Assembly: GCA_964519305.1 (NCBI GenBank)
Contig: CAZFHY010000002.1
Coordinates: 96,001 to 160,000, forward strand
Direction: 5' to 3'
DNA from: Candidatus Undinarchaeota archaeon
Lineage (GTDB): Archaea; SpSt-1190; JASMDC01
Length of the DNA: 64,000 bases
Below, one piece after another: positions 10,006 through 19,975 of the stretch. The stretch's first letter is position 1. Each line of letters begins with the position of its first letter. The notes below the pieces were generated by a model. That model was not told the DNA's origin. It worked only from the letters and a program-made list of their open reading frames with translations, and ran no database searches. Both the position numbers and the translations under genes were made by a program.

Positions 10006-11814
10006 CTAGCAATCCTCCGTCGACGTGATGCCGATGTATTCGTCTCCCACTTTCATCAGGCCAAGTGGCTCGAGCTCGATGGTCAGTTCGTTCCGGCCTT
10101 CCGTGACATCGTGGATGAATCCCGCTGACTCGACCTCCCGATAGGGCACTCCAGCTTCGTTCCGCGACGGGACCGCCATGACCAGGTATCGCCCGGGGAC
10201 CACGAACGGGACCTCGAACCCGCCGGCCTCGTCCACCGACACGCGACGTCGGTCGAGCCGGGACGAGAGGGGTTGAAGGATGACCTCCACGGTACCAGGG
10301 GTAGTCCCATCCTGAGCCCCTAGGGGAACGGATGGATCCTCACGTACGGTCATCGACGTCGAGCAGTACACACGGCGTTTCTCCATCATCGAACCCGTGA
10401 CCGTGCTGAATGGCTTGAGCGTGATGAGGGAGCGGATGTTATCGATGATCGTCACCTGCTCCACGTGCTTGGCCAGGGTGAACTGGGCGTCAGGTTCGAC
10501 GATGAGGGTGACACGTCCGCACACCGTCCCCGTCTCCTGAAGTCGTCCGCCACTATAACGGTACTTGCACGAGTCGAGCCACACACTACCTGCGTCCGAG
10601 TTGGTGATCGTGAGGTCGACCGAGCACGATCCCTGGCACAGATCATCCACCTTCTCGGGTGCTGTTACCTCGTTATCGATGGCATTGACGTCCTCGCCGA
10701 TGAGAAGGGGCATCATGTAGAACCGGAAGTCCAGCGGGCGGACCGCGAGGTTCTCGGTGGCCCCGATGGTCCTCGAGGTCGGTTGGACGTCTCGTATCGT
10801 ATAGCGCATGGGGAAATTGATATTGTACTGGACAAAGAACCGGGAGAGACACAGACCGTCGTTCAGGGCCACGGCCGGGAACGGGGTCGGGATGAGGATG
10901 ATCGTATCGGTGCTCTCGTAAGTGCCCTCACCCTGGTTCGCCAAGAAGGAGAACTCGACCTCTCGTGGATTGAGGTCCACGTCCCACTGGATGTGTTCGG
11001 ACGAGTAGGTCGGCGTCTCGAGCACGCGCTTGAGCTCCAGCGACACTGCCAGCTGTGCGGTCTCACGGAAGGGAGTAACAAGCTGGTTGTAGGTGCTGAG
11101 TACGGTCTTTCCTTCACACGGGATGGTGCGCACATCGCTACCAGGAGTGGCTATCCGGGGATCGTTCGTCATGCCGTAGAGGAAGTTCTTCTCCATCCGG
11201 CGCTCTCTGGTGTAGTCGCGCACATAGCGTTCGGCAAGGTCGCGCAACCGCTTGAGGCGGATGGGAAGGTTCGTTGAGATGGGGATGCGGGACCGTGCAC
11301 GCGTCTCCCCTTGCACCTCGACGGGAAGCTCCATCTTGGCGAGGACGTTGTCGTCAACGAGCGTGATGCGTACTTCGGGGACCGCCAGCACGACCTTCCC
11401 TTCCAGTTCACGCCGGAGCACAGCCAGCTTCGTCTCGAGCCTGCGCTTCACCTCGTCAGCGTACATCTCCTGCATGGCCTTGACCGAGGGAAGGTTCACG
11501 ACCTTTCCCCGATAGAACAAGTACGGTACACCGTAGTGGTTCAGACGTGGCACGCTCTCTGCAATGTACCCGCCATGTGACCCCATCTCGAAGGCCGCCT
11601 CGTACATGGAAGTGGCGAGAAGCGTGTCCACTTGACGCTCGAGCTTGATGAGCATCTCCCGAGTAGTCTCCGATGAGATGCGCCCGACCCTGACCTCACG
11701 CTCCGTCCGACTCCGGTACAGGAATACACCGACAATCAGCAGGACAACGAGGGCGAGAGCGATCAGGCCTAGAAGGGTCATCTGGCCCCGTTGACTTGCG
11801 GTCCTCCGCCCCAT
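10006..11814 (-). CDS. Large type IV pilin-like protein (class III signal peptide)
   Basis: MGRRTASQRG/QMTLLGLIALALVVLLIVGVFL; SD GAGGAGGTG; TGATG overlap with upstream gene; C-terminal carboxypeptidase-regulatory-like beta domain (VDEAGGFEVPFVVPGRYLV). Confidence 0.75.
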   Translation of the reverse strand: MGRRTASQRGQMTLLGLIALALVVLLIVGVFLYRSRTEREVRVGRISSETTREMLIKLERQVDTLLATSMYEAAFEMGSHGGYIAESVPRLNHYGVPYLFYRGKVVNLPSVKAMQEMYADEVKRRLETKLAVLRRELEGKVVLAVPEVRITLVDDNVLAKMELPVEVQGETRARSRIPISTNLPIRLKRLRDLAERYVRDYTRERRMEKNFLYGMTNDPRIATPGSDVRTIPCEGKTVLSTYNQLVTPFRETAQLAVSLELKRVLETPTYSSEHIQWDVDLNPREVEFSFLANQGEGTYESTDTIILIPTPFPAVALNDGLCLSRFFVQYNINFPMRYTIRDVQPTSRTIGATENLAVRPLDFRFYMMPLLIGEDVNAIDNEVTAPEKVDDLCQGSCSVDLTITNSDAGSVWLDSCKYRYSGGRLQETGTVCGRVTLIVEPDAQFTLAKHVEQVTIIDNIRSLITLKPFSTVTGSMMEKRRVYCSTSMTVREDPSVPLGAQDGTTPGTVEVILQPLSSRLDRRRVSVDEAGGFEVPFVVPGRYLVMAVPSRNEAGVPYREVESAGFIHDVTEGRNELTIELEPLGLMKVGDEYIGITSTEDC

Positions 11815-14531
11815 CAGCATGACACCTCCTCAACGTTGTCCCAGTGGCCAGGATTGCCCTTGATGAGAATGGTTGTGCTATCATGAGCCGACCTTCCGCC
11901 GTCAGCCAGGGTCACTACCAGTGGCAGGAGTGTATCGGGAGGTTCTGGTGGGCACAAGCGCACTCCACTGACGTGGACCCGAGTACCCTCGAGCGTGTTG
12001 ATGATGTAGGTGATCATGTCCGGTCCGATCGCCCGTTCGCCGAGCCGGATATCGAAGCTCTCCTTGGTTATGCCCTCTGCTCCATGGACACGGAGGTAGA
12101 TGTCCAGTTCGAAGCCCAGGGTCGTCAGGGCGTAGAACAGAGGTTTATCCATCGTCCCGGGCTCGGCCCTCTGGATCCTGAGCGACAGTGGTGTTCGGTC
12201 GGCCACGGAGACCTGCGCTCGAAGTGTGCCCTTCCGTCCAAGATGCTCTACCGAAAGGACAACCTCCTCCTTCTCATTCGGTATACCTCGCAACGTGCCC
12301 ACGACGGTCCAGATACCTCCAACACGGTCATACGTGGCAGATACGGGATCGGCGTCAAGGCCAGCCGCCGTAAGGGTGAACGCGCGTTGAGGGACGTGTA
12401 CGAGGTCACGCCCATCGAGGTCACGTACACGCACCATGAGCTCCAGGGGGCTCCCGGTTTCCAGTTCGGTCCTAGAGAGCTTAACGGGGGATATCCGCTC
12501 CAAGAAGAGGATGATGCCGCTGTCGTCCTGGGGATGCCAGACCTCGAAGGGGGATCGGATGACATGCCTGAACCCGTTGTGCTCGACTACAAGGTAGAGC
12601 TCGTGGATCCCGGGCGGAAGATCGCCCACGAACGTAGCTGAAAGGCTCCATGATCCGTCGAACGAGGCCTCGAAACCTGTTGACCTGAGGTCGCTGAGGA
12701 ACGCCTTACCGGTGACCGCGCCCTGCGTGACGACTGGTGAACCGTCGAAGAGAACGGACCCCTTCCACGTTAGCGTTACTCCGTCCGCAAGGACGTTGGC
12801 CCTGGTATGGTTCACGGGGAGATCCTTGATCCTGAACTGAAGGCTCGTTGCCTGGCACCCATCGGGCTGACAGTTCTCACCCTCGGAACATGTGGCTATG
12901 GGGCTACCATTACCGGAGAGACAAACACATCGGTCTGTGCAGAGCTCACCTTCCTCTACACAGGATAGGGAGTCGCTCCCACGTCTAGCAATGCATCTAC
13001 CTCCCGGTTCTCTGACGATGACGTACGGGTCCGCGAGCTTGCGAGGACCGCAACCTTCCGAAGTGCACGGGCTCCCGTACCTGCATACGTCAGTAGCCTC
13101 GTCGTTCGTAAAGCACAGGCAGAAGGGTGTTGCTAGTGATGATGGTGAGCACACGTCACCTTCCGCGATGCACGGGATACGGAGCTCGTCGACGGGCAGG
13201 AATCCTTGGGCGCACAGTTCGTGACGGGCGGTACGTATCGGGGGACGCCACTCTTCCACTTCGATGGGCGTGGCCACGACGGCAGTGAGAACACCCTTCT
13301 CGTATACCTCGGTCCTGATGATGTACTTCCCCGGTGGCAGGGCGTCATCGAGCTGAATATCGAAGGTCCCACATCCGAACGTCGCTTCCTCGCTCACCTT
13401 GATCCCGTCCAGGTTGTATACGGCGGTCGTGCACCAATCCCCTGGAGTATCCACGTGGATGCGTGCCGTCTCCCCTGGAAGGAACGAGCGCTTCTCCATG
13501 TGTATTACGGCAGTTTCCATCCCGGCCGAGAGTATCTCTATGGTCGTCGCTATAGAGGCCGTTCTTTCACCGATAGTGGCGTCCACCTGGACTACGTACA
13601 TCCCGGGTATCCATCCCGATGAGGTTCCGACGGGGATGCGCTCGCATTCAGTCAGCTCAAGACGGTCCATCACGTGCCCGCCCGCGTCCTCAAGTGTCAC
13701 CACACACGAATCGACACGCCTGCCAAGCTCGATGGTGAAGCTCTCCCCCGCGACGACCGGATCGCGGTCAAGGAGCATGGAGAGGTGGAGCTCGACGGGA
13801 CGGATGGTGAGGGGGAGCACAGCGCGCTTAATCACTCCTAAGTCTACGATCACAACCAAGAGCCGATGCTCGTTGTCAGGATCGATTCCTACCGTGGGGA
13901 TGAGGGTGTTCTGACATCCGGGAAGAATGCGTCGTTGTACGATCGTGGTACCATCGAGGACGGCTAGAACACAAAGGGAGCCTTCGATACCGGCGAGACG
14001 TACGAGCTCGCCAGCGGGGATTGGGTCCGGGGGTGGGATGTCCAGTTCCTCTGCAGTGGTCAGGTCCAGAGGGATGGTGGCTGTGAGCACAGTGTCCTGG
14101 ACCCGCTCGATAGCAGTCATGTGGGATGGATATCGAACGAGCAGGCTGCGGGACATCTCCCCGAAGCCGGCACCGAGGGAGAACTGGAGCGGTCGGACAC
14201 GAGAAAGGAAGACGATCCTGTCCGGGCCCTCACCCTCGATGGACTGGATGGATATATCGTGGGGGATATCTATGTCGAAGACAATGTCCTCGCCTTCGGG
14301 CATGGTCACGACGTTAGGTATGCAGGATGACGCTTGTGGGATGCGGCGGCACGCGGTCTTGAGCGACACAGGATCACGAGCCCGTGCGTCGCGTAGATGG
14401 AAGACGACGCTCGAGCGAGCACGACCAAGGGACGTCAGGTCGACAGTCTCCTCGATGTCAGCTTCCTGTGCGGCGTGGATTGGTGTGAGAAGTAAGAGGA
14501 TAACAAGTAGGCCAATCCACCACCTCCCCAT
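11814..14531 (-). CDS. Large secreted multi-Ig-like protein with central Cys-rich region
   Basis: Signal peptide MGRWWIGLLVILLLLTPIHA; repeated PGxYxI/V Ig-like strands; duplicated C-x-x-E-G-x-x-C...CxC module. Confidence 0.75.
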   Translation of the reverse strand: MGRWWIGLLVILLLLTPIHAAQEADIEETVDLTSLGRARSSVVFHLRDARARDPVSLKTACRRIPQASSCIPNVVTMPEGEDIVFDIDIPHDISIQSIEGEGPDRIVFLSRVRPLQFSLGAGFGEMSRSLLVRYPSHMTAIERVQDTVLTATIPLDLTTAEELDIPPPDPIPAGELVRLAGIEGSLCVLAVLDGTTIVQRRILPGCQNTLIPTVGIDPDNEHRLLVVIVDLGVIKRAVLPLTIRPVELHLSMLLDRDPVVAGESFTIELGRRVDSCVVTLEDAGGHVMDRLELTECERIPVGTSSGWIPGMYVVQVDATIGERTASIATTIEILSAGMETAVIHMEKRSFLPGETARIHVDTPGDWCTTAVYNLDGIKVSEEATFGCGTFDIQLDDALPPGKYIIRTEVYEKGVLTAVVATPIEVEEWRPPIRTARHELCAQGFLPVDELRIPCIAEGDVCSPSSLATPFCLCFTNDEATDVCRYGSPCTSEGCGPRKLADPYVIVREPGGRCIARRGSDSLSCVEEGELCTDRCVCLSGNGSPIATCSEGENCQPDGCQATSLQFRIKDLPVNHTRANVLADGVTLTWKGSVLFDGSPVVTQGAVTGKAFLSDLRSTGFEASFDGSWSLSATFVGDLPPGIHELYLVVEHNGFRHVIRSPFEVWHPQDDSGIILFLERISPVKLSRTELETGSPLELMVRVRDLDGRDLVHVPQRAFTLTAAGLDADPVSATYDRVGGIWTVVGTLRGIPNEKEEVVLSVEHLGRKGTLRAQVSVADRTPLSLRIQRAEPGTMDKPLFYALTTLGFELDIYLRVHGAEGITKESFDIRLGERAIGPDMITYIINTLEGTRVHVSGVRLCPPEPPDTLLPLVVTLADGGRSAHDSTTILIKGNPGHWDNVEEVSC

Positions 14532-14723
14532 GTGGACCGTATGGGATGTGAAGGATAAAAATGGATACCTGAAACCAGAGTAGAACCCTTTGCGAGCATG
14601 TTCGGGGAGCATGATGATACTTCCTCGTCCCCGAAGGCTCGCGCTGTGAACTGGTTTATAAGGGTTAGTCCTGTGAATTACGGAATACCTAAATTTTCTG
14701 ACGGATTGAAAAAGATATCAGGT

Positions 14724-15599
14724 TCACTCCCGTATACGCCCGACGAGCTCCCGCAGCACCGCGTCAAGAGAGCTTTCTTGGGTATCAACCCGCAGCTCAA
14801 AGGGATCGTACTCGTTGGTCTCGGTCGTCATGGCCACGGCGCCCTTGCTCGCAGCGTAGCCCTGGAACGTGTGGGGCAGCGAGCACTCGTTCTCCCTTAT
14901 CGGGTCCATGTAACCATCTGCAGCATCCAGCACGGCCTCGATGTAACCACAGTCCTCCTCCGTGGGCGGCGCCTCATGGTTGAGAAGGAATCCGTAGAAG
15001 TTAGGTGCCCATCCGAAGATGGTGCGGAGGGCAGGCCACTTGCCTGAAAGGTAACCGAGTACCTTGAAAGGGCCGCGGTTGGCCGATGTTTCGTGCAGGT
15101 CCACTGCTACGTCGATGCTTCCGTATCCCTCCTCAACGTGGTCGGTGAACGACATAACGGCCCGTTCCTCGAGTGTGGCCCAGTCGGATTCGCCGTACCC
15201 GTCGTTGAGGTACTGGTCGAGGGCGTTCGACTGGTCGGCCATCCAGTCTGAGCTGGGAGGCCGCTTCTGGTACCGGTCTACGTTCACACAAGGGACCACC
15301 GCCAATGCGATGTGCTCCCGTGCTTCCTTGTACACGGGATCGTCCGAGGACAGGTAGCTCTCCAGGAAGTCCAGAGCGGCGGGAGGACCTGCGGCCTCGC
15401 TGAAGTGCTGGCCGGCAACGACCATCATGGTCCCACGGACCTCGCCCGTGGGCCTGACAACGACGCCAGGGATGTCGTACCCTTTTGGGGAGGCCCCTGC
15501 CGGATCGACCGTGAGCACGTCACCGTACTTATCGCTGAGCCCATCGAGCCGGTCCATGACCTCGGAATAGGTCAATGGGGTCACCTCACCCTCAGGCAT
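14724..15599 (-). CDS. M14 family zinc carboxypeptidase / deacylase
   Basis: AGQHFSE (HxxE), VPCVNVD, VDLHE, C-terminal TTE. Confidence 0.8.
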   Translation of the reverse strand: MPEGEVTPLTYSEVMDRLDGLSDKYGDVLTVDPAGASPKGYDIPGVVVRPTGEVRGTMMVVAGQHFSEAAGPPAALDFLESYLSSDDPVYKEAREHIALAVVPCVNVDRYQKRPPSSDWMADQSNALDQYLNDGYGESDWATLEERAVMSFTDHVEEGYGSIDVAVDLHETSANRGPFKVLGYLSGKWPALRTIFGWAPNFYGFLLNHEAPPTEEDCGYIEAVLDAADGYMDPIRENECSLPHTFQGYAASKGAVAMTTETNEYDPFELRVDTQESSLDAVLRELVGRIRE

Positions 15600-15654
15600 G
15601 GTCACCAGCGGCCCCCCGGCGCGCATTTATACTTTTCCTTGCCGGGGGGAATGG

Positions 15655-16389
15655 ATGGCAACTGCGGACCCCGTTCCATTGTTGGAGGTCCCCGTCGATG
15701 CCGAGGGGGAGCTTCTGGAACGGCCGAACAGGTTCCTAGCGCTGGTGGACATCGGGACTGACGGCGGTATCCTTCCAGGTGAACGGGTCCATGTCCACGA
15801 TCCAGGGAGACTGCACGAGCTGCTCTACCCAGGCAACCGGGTGTTGGTCCGACAGGTCCTTTCTGAGAAGAGGAGCACTTCCTGGGACCTCATCGCAGCA
15901 CGTTACGCCGATGAGTGGGTGATCGTGCACTCAGGGCTCCACCGGGCCCTGGCCGAGAGCATCATCGGGAACCCGGCCCTCTTTCCATTTGGTCCGGTTG
16001 CAGAGGTCCGTCCCGAGGTCGCCGTCGGGCGCCACCGCTTGGATTTCCGGCTGGTACGGCCGGACGGTTCGGTCCTCTGGCTCGAGGTGAAAGGATGCAC
16101 ACTTGCAGAGGACAGTGTTGCCCTTTTTCCGGATGCGCCCACGGTCCGCGGCAGGGGACACCTGGAGACGTTGATGGGCCTGGCCGATGGTGGTGATTCT
16201 GCCGCGGTCATGGTCCTGGTGTTCCGCTCCGACGCTCGTTCTTTCGCCCCAAAGGCTGATACTGATCCTGCTTTTGCGGAGATGTTCTATAAAGCACTGG
16301 ACGCAGGTGTGGAGGTCGCACCCATCGTACTGGGATATCGTAATGGGACTGTCGTACACCTGCAGCGCATCCCGGTGAGGGAACGCTAG
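15655..16389 (+). CDS. sfsA: DNA/RNA nuclease SfsA
   Basis: RPNRF, HDPGRL, RLDF, LEVKGCTL, FPDAPTVRG. Confidence 0.92.
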   Translation: MATADPVPLLEVPVDAEGELLERPNRFLALVDIGTDGGILPGERVHVHDPGRLHELLYPGNRVLVRQVLSEKRSTSWDLIAARYADEWVIVHSGLHRALAESIIGNPALFPFGPVAEVRPEVAVGRHRLDFRLVRPDGSVLWLEVKGCTLAEDSVALFPDAPTVRGRGHLETLMGLADGGDSAAVMVLVFRSDARSFAPKADTDPAFAEMFYKALDAGVEVAPIVLGYRNGTVVHLQRIPVRER

Positions 16390-17171
16390 GCTTGGTGACC
16401 TTCTTCAGGTGCGGTGCCGTCGTCGGGACCGCCCATCATGTCCATCGTCTCATCGAGCATGCTGTCCATTTCTTTCTTTTCCTTGATGAGTCGGATGAAC
16501 TGTTTGAGCTGCTCCCGCTCGTCGGCCTTCAGCTCTAGCATGCGCTCCAGGTCGATTCCGTACTTTTCGAGGTAATTGGCCTTGATGAACTCGCGCCGCT
16601 CGGGTTGGAGACCGTCGTACTGGAACACGATGTCCATCATGAAGCTCTCGGCATGGAAGAGGTCGTTCTCCTTGAGGTTCTCGAATACCATCGACGTGTT
16701 CTTCTGGAATCGATCCCATAGACGTTCCTTCCACCGTGCCTCAAGCTCGGCCTTTGCGTCCCTGGTGTGGACACGTTCAGGGGAGATCTTCATCTTGACG
16801 TCGCCGGCGATAATCTCATCCGACAAGGTCGAAGCCTCCTCGGGTTTATCGACCACTCGGTGGATCGGGATGCCGGTCAGGCCCTCGAACTTGTCGATGT
16901 TGTATGTGTCCTTTCCCCGCAGGATATCGGCCATCCTACCGAGGTGCTCGGCTGCCAGATGGGACTTCTTCCAGCCAATGAACCGTTTGAACGCCTTGGT
17001 CTCAGCGATCAGTCGTGAGAACTGGTTCTTTGTCATGTCGCGTCGGACATATCGCCAGAGCTCCTTCGCCCAGGGAGGATAGGCGGTGGAACGGGTCTCG
17101 AACTCGTGGCCCTGAGCGGGCATAAAGAATCGGAGGAAGTCCTTAATCACTCCGAAGACGTACGAGAGCAT
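16386..17171 (-). CDS. Hypothetical, mostly helical protein
   Basis: 261-aa ORF with coding-like codon usage; ATATAAG box ~25 nt upstream. Confidence 0.7.
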   Translation of the reverse strand: MLSYVFGVIKDFLRFFMPAQGHEFETRSTAYPPWAKELWRYVRRDMTKNQFSRLIAETKAFKRFIGWKKSHLAAEHLGRMADILRGKDTYNIDKFEGLTGIPIHRVVDKPEEASTLSDEIIAGDVKMKISPERVHTRDAKAELEARWKERLWDRFQKNTSMVFENLKENDLFHAESFMMDIVFQYDGLQPERREFIKANYLEKYGIDLERMLELKADEREQLKQFIRLIKEKKEMDSMLDETMDMMGGPDDGTAPEEGHQA

Positions 17172-17218
17172 CCGACTTTTTCACTGGGGGTGGTTGCTTA
17201 TATGGTTATCCCCGGCGG

Positions 17219-17470
17219 TCATAGCCATACTTCGACCGTGTCACCCGGTCGGTATAGGTCCTTGATCCGGGATGTCGACTCTGGCTCCTCTCCATCAAGT
17301 GTCACGAAAGGATGAGCACCCCGGTCCACGATCGCTCCGAACCTCACCTCAAGCAGCTTAATTAGGTCCGCTATCGTGGCAACGTTCTTCAGATCCAGCT
17401 CCTCGTCCATCCAGGTGGTGACCTTCTCGCCGGCAACGAGCACCTCTCGCATAAGAATACGCAGGCGCAT
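17219..17470 (-). CDS. MoaD/ThiS/SAMP-like beta-grasp protein lacking the C-terminal GG
   Basis: MRLRILM...TIADLIKLLEVRF...FVTLDGE...PGDTVEVWL; TATATATT 23 nt upstream. Confidence 0.6.
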   Translation of the reverse strand: MRLRILMREVLVAGEKVTTWMDEELDLKNVATIADLIKLLEVRFGAIVDRGAHPFVTLDGEEPESTSRIKDLYRPGDTVEVWL

Positions 17471-17558
17471 AAGAAGAGTGGTGCGAGGATAGAATATATA
17501 GGTTGTGGCGGCCGACCATGCCACAAGCCTTATAAGTCATCCATCCCTGCTGGCAGCC

Positions 17559-18326
17559 GTGGGCCTCCCGCTCCTTCGTCCGGTATATGCACTGTACGAG
17601 CGTATCCTTGAGCGTGAGGTGCAGCGGTTCCCGCTGCCTAAGCATATCGCCATCATCATGGACGGCAACCGCCGTTTCGGGACCGAAGTGGGTCTTGGGC
17701 TCAAGGGGCACGAGTACGGAGCCAAGAAGCTCCACAAGGTGCTCGAATGGTGCTGGGACCTGGGAGTCAAGGTGGTGACCGTGTACGGTTTCTCCACCGA
17801 GAACTTCAAGCGCCCCTCCGAGGAGGTAGAAGGCCTCATGGACCTCTTCGAGAAGGAGTTCGCCAGGTACACGAGCGACTCTAGGGTTCACCGAAAGAAG
17901 GTCCGCCTCCAGGCCATCGGCCAGGTGGACAAGCTCCCCGAGCGCGTGCAGGAAGCCATCCGCGTCGCCCAAGAGGCCACGAAGGACTACGACAACCACG
18001 TCTTCAATGTGGCCATCGGATACGGTGGTCGGCAGGAGGTGCTGGACGCGATCCACAACATCTGCGAACGCGTCAAGAAGGGCGAGATCGACCTCGACCA
18101 GGTGGACGAGAACCTTGTTTCAAGCAGCCTCTACACTTCAGGGCTCCCTGATCCGGACCTCATCATAAGGACAAGCGGTGAGGAGCGGCTCTCCGGGTTC
18201 CTCATCTGGCAGTGCGCCTACTCGGAGCTATACTTCTGCGATTCCTACTGGCCGATGTTCCGCCGGATCGACCTGCTGCGTGCCATTCGGACATACCAAC
18301 AGCGTCAGAGACGGTTCGGCAAGTAG
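17559..18326 (+). CDS. uppS: cis-prenyltransferase (polyprenyl diphosphate synthase)
   Basis: HIAIIMDGNRR, FSTENFKR, YGGRQE, IRTSGEERLSGFL, RRFGK; GTG start ~22 nt after CTTATAAG. Confidence 0.93.
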   Translation: MGLPLLRPVYALYERILEREVQRFPLPKHIAIIMDGNRRFGTEVGLGLKGHEYGAKKLHKVLEWCWDLGVKVVTVYGFSTENFKRPSEEVEGLMDLFEKEFARYTSDSRVHRKKVRLQAIGQVDKLPERVQEAIRVAQEATKDYDNHVFNVAIGYGGRQEVLDAIHNICERVKKGEIDLDQVDENLVSSSLYTSGLPDPDLIIRTSGEERLSGFLIWQCAYSELYFCDSYWPMFRRIDLLRAIRTYQQRQRRFGK

Positions 18327-18418
18327 CGCCGTGCCATCCTGTGTCCCACGTCCGACCAAAGGGAACCATTAAAAACGCCCCGGGGGCCGGAGGTACCCTC
18401 ATCAGGACGTGACGAACC

Positions 18419-18931
18419 ATGATCAGCGAATTAGATACAGACTGCCTTGAGCGTGTCGAACTCAATTACGTTAGTGAGCGGACCCAGAACTTCCATTCGG
18501 CGTACATCAGCCCCCGCACGGAACAGACCGTGTACGACGACCGTCAGGAAGGCTTCAGTGACTTCATGACGGACTTAGGAGCGAAGATCACCGAAGAATA
18601 CGGTGCTACGGTCGATGTCAGTGCCTATGTGGGTGAGGAGCACGCGGCCATCGGCCGCTCTACTGCGGTCTTCTCGAAGACGAGCGGTGCACGGGTGTCA
18701 ATCGTCGGTAACGACGATGCCATCGAGGCCTACATGGAAGGCATCGCCGAAGGTGGTTACGGGCTGCCCCAGGAAAAATCATTCATGGCCGACTGGCACC
18801 ACCCCATCCAGAGCGTGAAGGGTTACATGACCGCAAAGGAGACCCTGAAGGACCTCGAGGAAGACTTCACCGAGGTCAGCCATCTCGAGAGCAACGTGAA
18901 CCACATCACCTATCAAGAGCGGGATGACTGA
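18419..18931 (+). CDS. Hypothetical protein, tandem paralog 1 of 3
   Basis: Shares ERVEL[N/D]YV, TVYD[D/Q]RQEGF, GYGL[P/T]Q and ADW[H/R]HP[I/V]QSVKG with the next two ORFs. Confidence 0.85.
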   Translation: MISELDTDCLERVELNYVSERTQNFHSAYISPRTEQTVYDDRQEGFSDFMTDLGAKITEEYGATVDVSAYVGEEHAAIGRSTAVFSKTSGARVSIVGNDDAIEAYMEGIAEGGYGLPQEKSFMADWHHPIQSVKGYMTAKETLKDLEEDFTEVSHLESNVNHITYQERDD

Positions 18932-18959
18932 GGTCGTCGCTCATCAGGAGCAGATAATC

Positions 18960-19466
18960 ATGTACTGTGAAACTGACGGTCCCCTTGAGCGTGTCGAGCT
19001 CAACTACGTGACCGAACAGACCGATTGCTTCAACAGCAGCCTTGTGGGCGGCTTCAAGACGCACACGGTCTACGACCAGCGTCAGGAGGGCTTCACCGAC
19101 TTCATGGACGGTATGGCCGCCGAGATGCACGACATGTTCGGTGCTTCCGTCGACGTGAGCGCTTATGAGGGCAACATGCTGAGCGCTAACAGGGCGCTCG
19201 CGAATGCGTACCGGGAGACCGATGGCGTCAAGGTGACCCTCACCGGAACCAAGGAGGCCGTCAAGGGCTTCGTCACCATGGTCGCCGAGCGCGGCTACGG
19301 CTTACCGCAGGAGGAGTGGTTCATGGCCGACTGGCACCACCCCATCCAGAGCGTTAAAGGCTACTGCACTGCCCGGGACACCAAGGATGAACTCGCAGAG
19401 CGGTTCGTATTGCAGGAGACCGGGGACGCCGAGCGCGTCGCCACTTACGTAGAACGGGAGGCGTGA
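18960..19466 (+). CDS. Hypothetical protein, tandem paralog 2 of 3
   Basis: Same motifs; SD-like CAGGAG ~10 nt before ATG 18960. Confidence 0.85.
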   Translation: MYCETDGPLERVELNYVTEQTDCFNSSLVGGFKTHTVYDQRQEGFTDFMDGMAAEMHDMFGASVDVSAYEGNMLSANRALANAYRETDGVKVTLTGTKEAVKGFVTMVAERGYGLPQEEWFMADWHHPIQSVKGYCTARDTKDELAERFVLQETGDAERVATYVEREA

Positions 19467-19468
19467 GT

Positions 19469-19975
19469 ATGTACGAGCTGGAGGCCGACACTCCTATCGA
19501 GCGCGTCGAGCTCGACTACGTGACACAGGAGCACGAATGGATGTCCACGCGACCGTTCCGCAACTCCAACGAGCTGACCACAGTCTATGATGACCGGCAG
19601 GAGGGTTTCGAAGAGTCCCTTTCCGAGATTGGCCAAGAAGTGGCCGAAGCGTACGGGGCCACCATCGAGGTCGCACCCTACGAGGAGCACACGAGCCACT
19701 ATGGCAGGTTCCTTGCACAGAAGATAGACACTGAGGGCATGCGCGTGACCATCACCGGTAGCGCCGAGGCCATCGAGGACATGATGATCAGTGTGGCCGC
19801 CGAGGGCTATGGTCTTACCCAGTACAGGAGCGTCCTGGCCGACTGGCGCCACCCCGTTCAGAGCGTTAAAGGCTTCTGGACCGCTCTCAAGGCGCACAAG
19901 GTAATCGAGGACTGCGTCAAGGAAGAGGCCGAGGTCGCAGACAACGTCCGCCATGTGCGGTACGTGGCAGAGTAG
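19469..19975 (+). CDS. Hypothetical protein, tandem paralog 3 of 3
   Basis: Same motifs; GGGAGG SD before ATG 19469. Confidence 0.85.
   Translation: MYELEADTPIERVELDYVTQEHEWMSTRPFRNSNELTTVYDDRQEGFEESLSEIGQEVAEAYGATIEVAPYEEHTSHYGRFLAQKIDTEGMRVTITGSAEAIEDMMISVAAEGYGLTQYRSVLADWRHPVQSVKGFWTALKAHKVIEDCVKEEAEVADNVRHVRYVAE

Noticed and set aside
17196-17221. TGA read-through or selenocysteine restoring a diglycine on the Ubl
   Set aside because: Read-through gives PPGITI-stop, not GG, and runs into the next gene's TATA box; TGA is used as a normal stop throughout the window
18419-19975. Triplet as DGR target/template or CRISPR-like repeats
   Set aside because: Similarity is protein-level paralogy; no adenine-specific mismatch pattern, regular spacers, reverse transcriptase or cas genes seen
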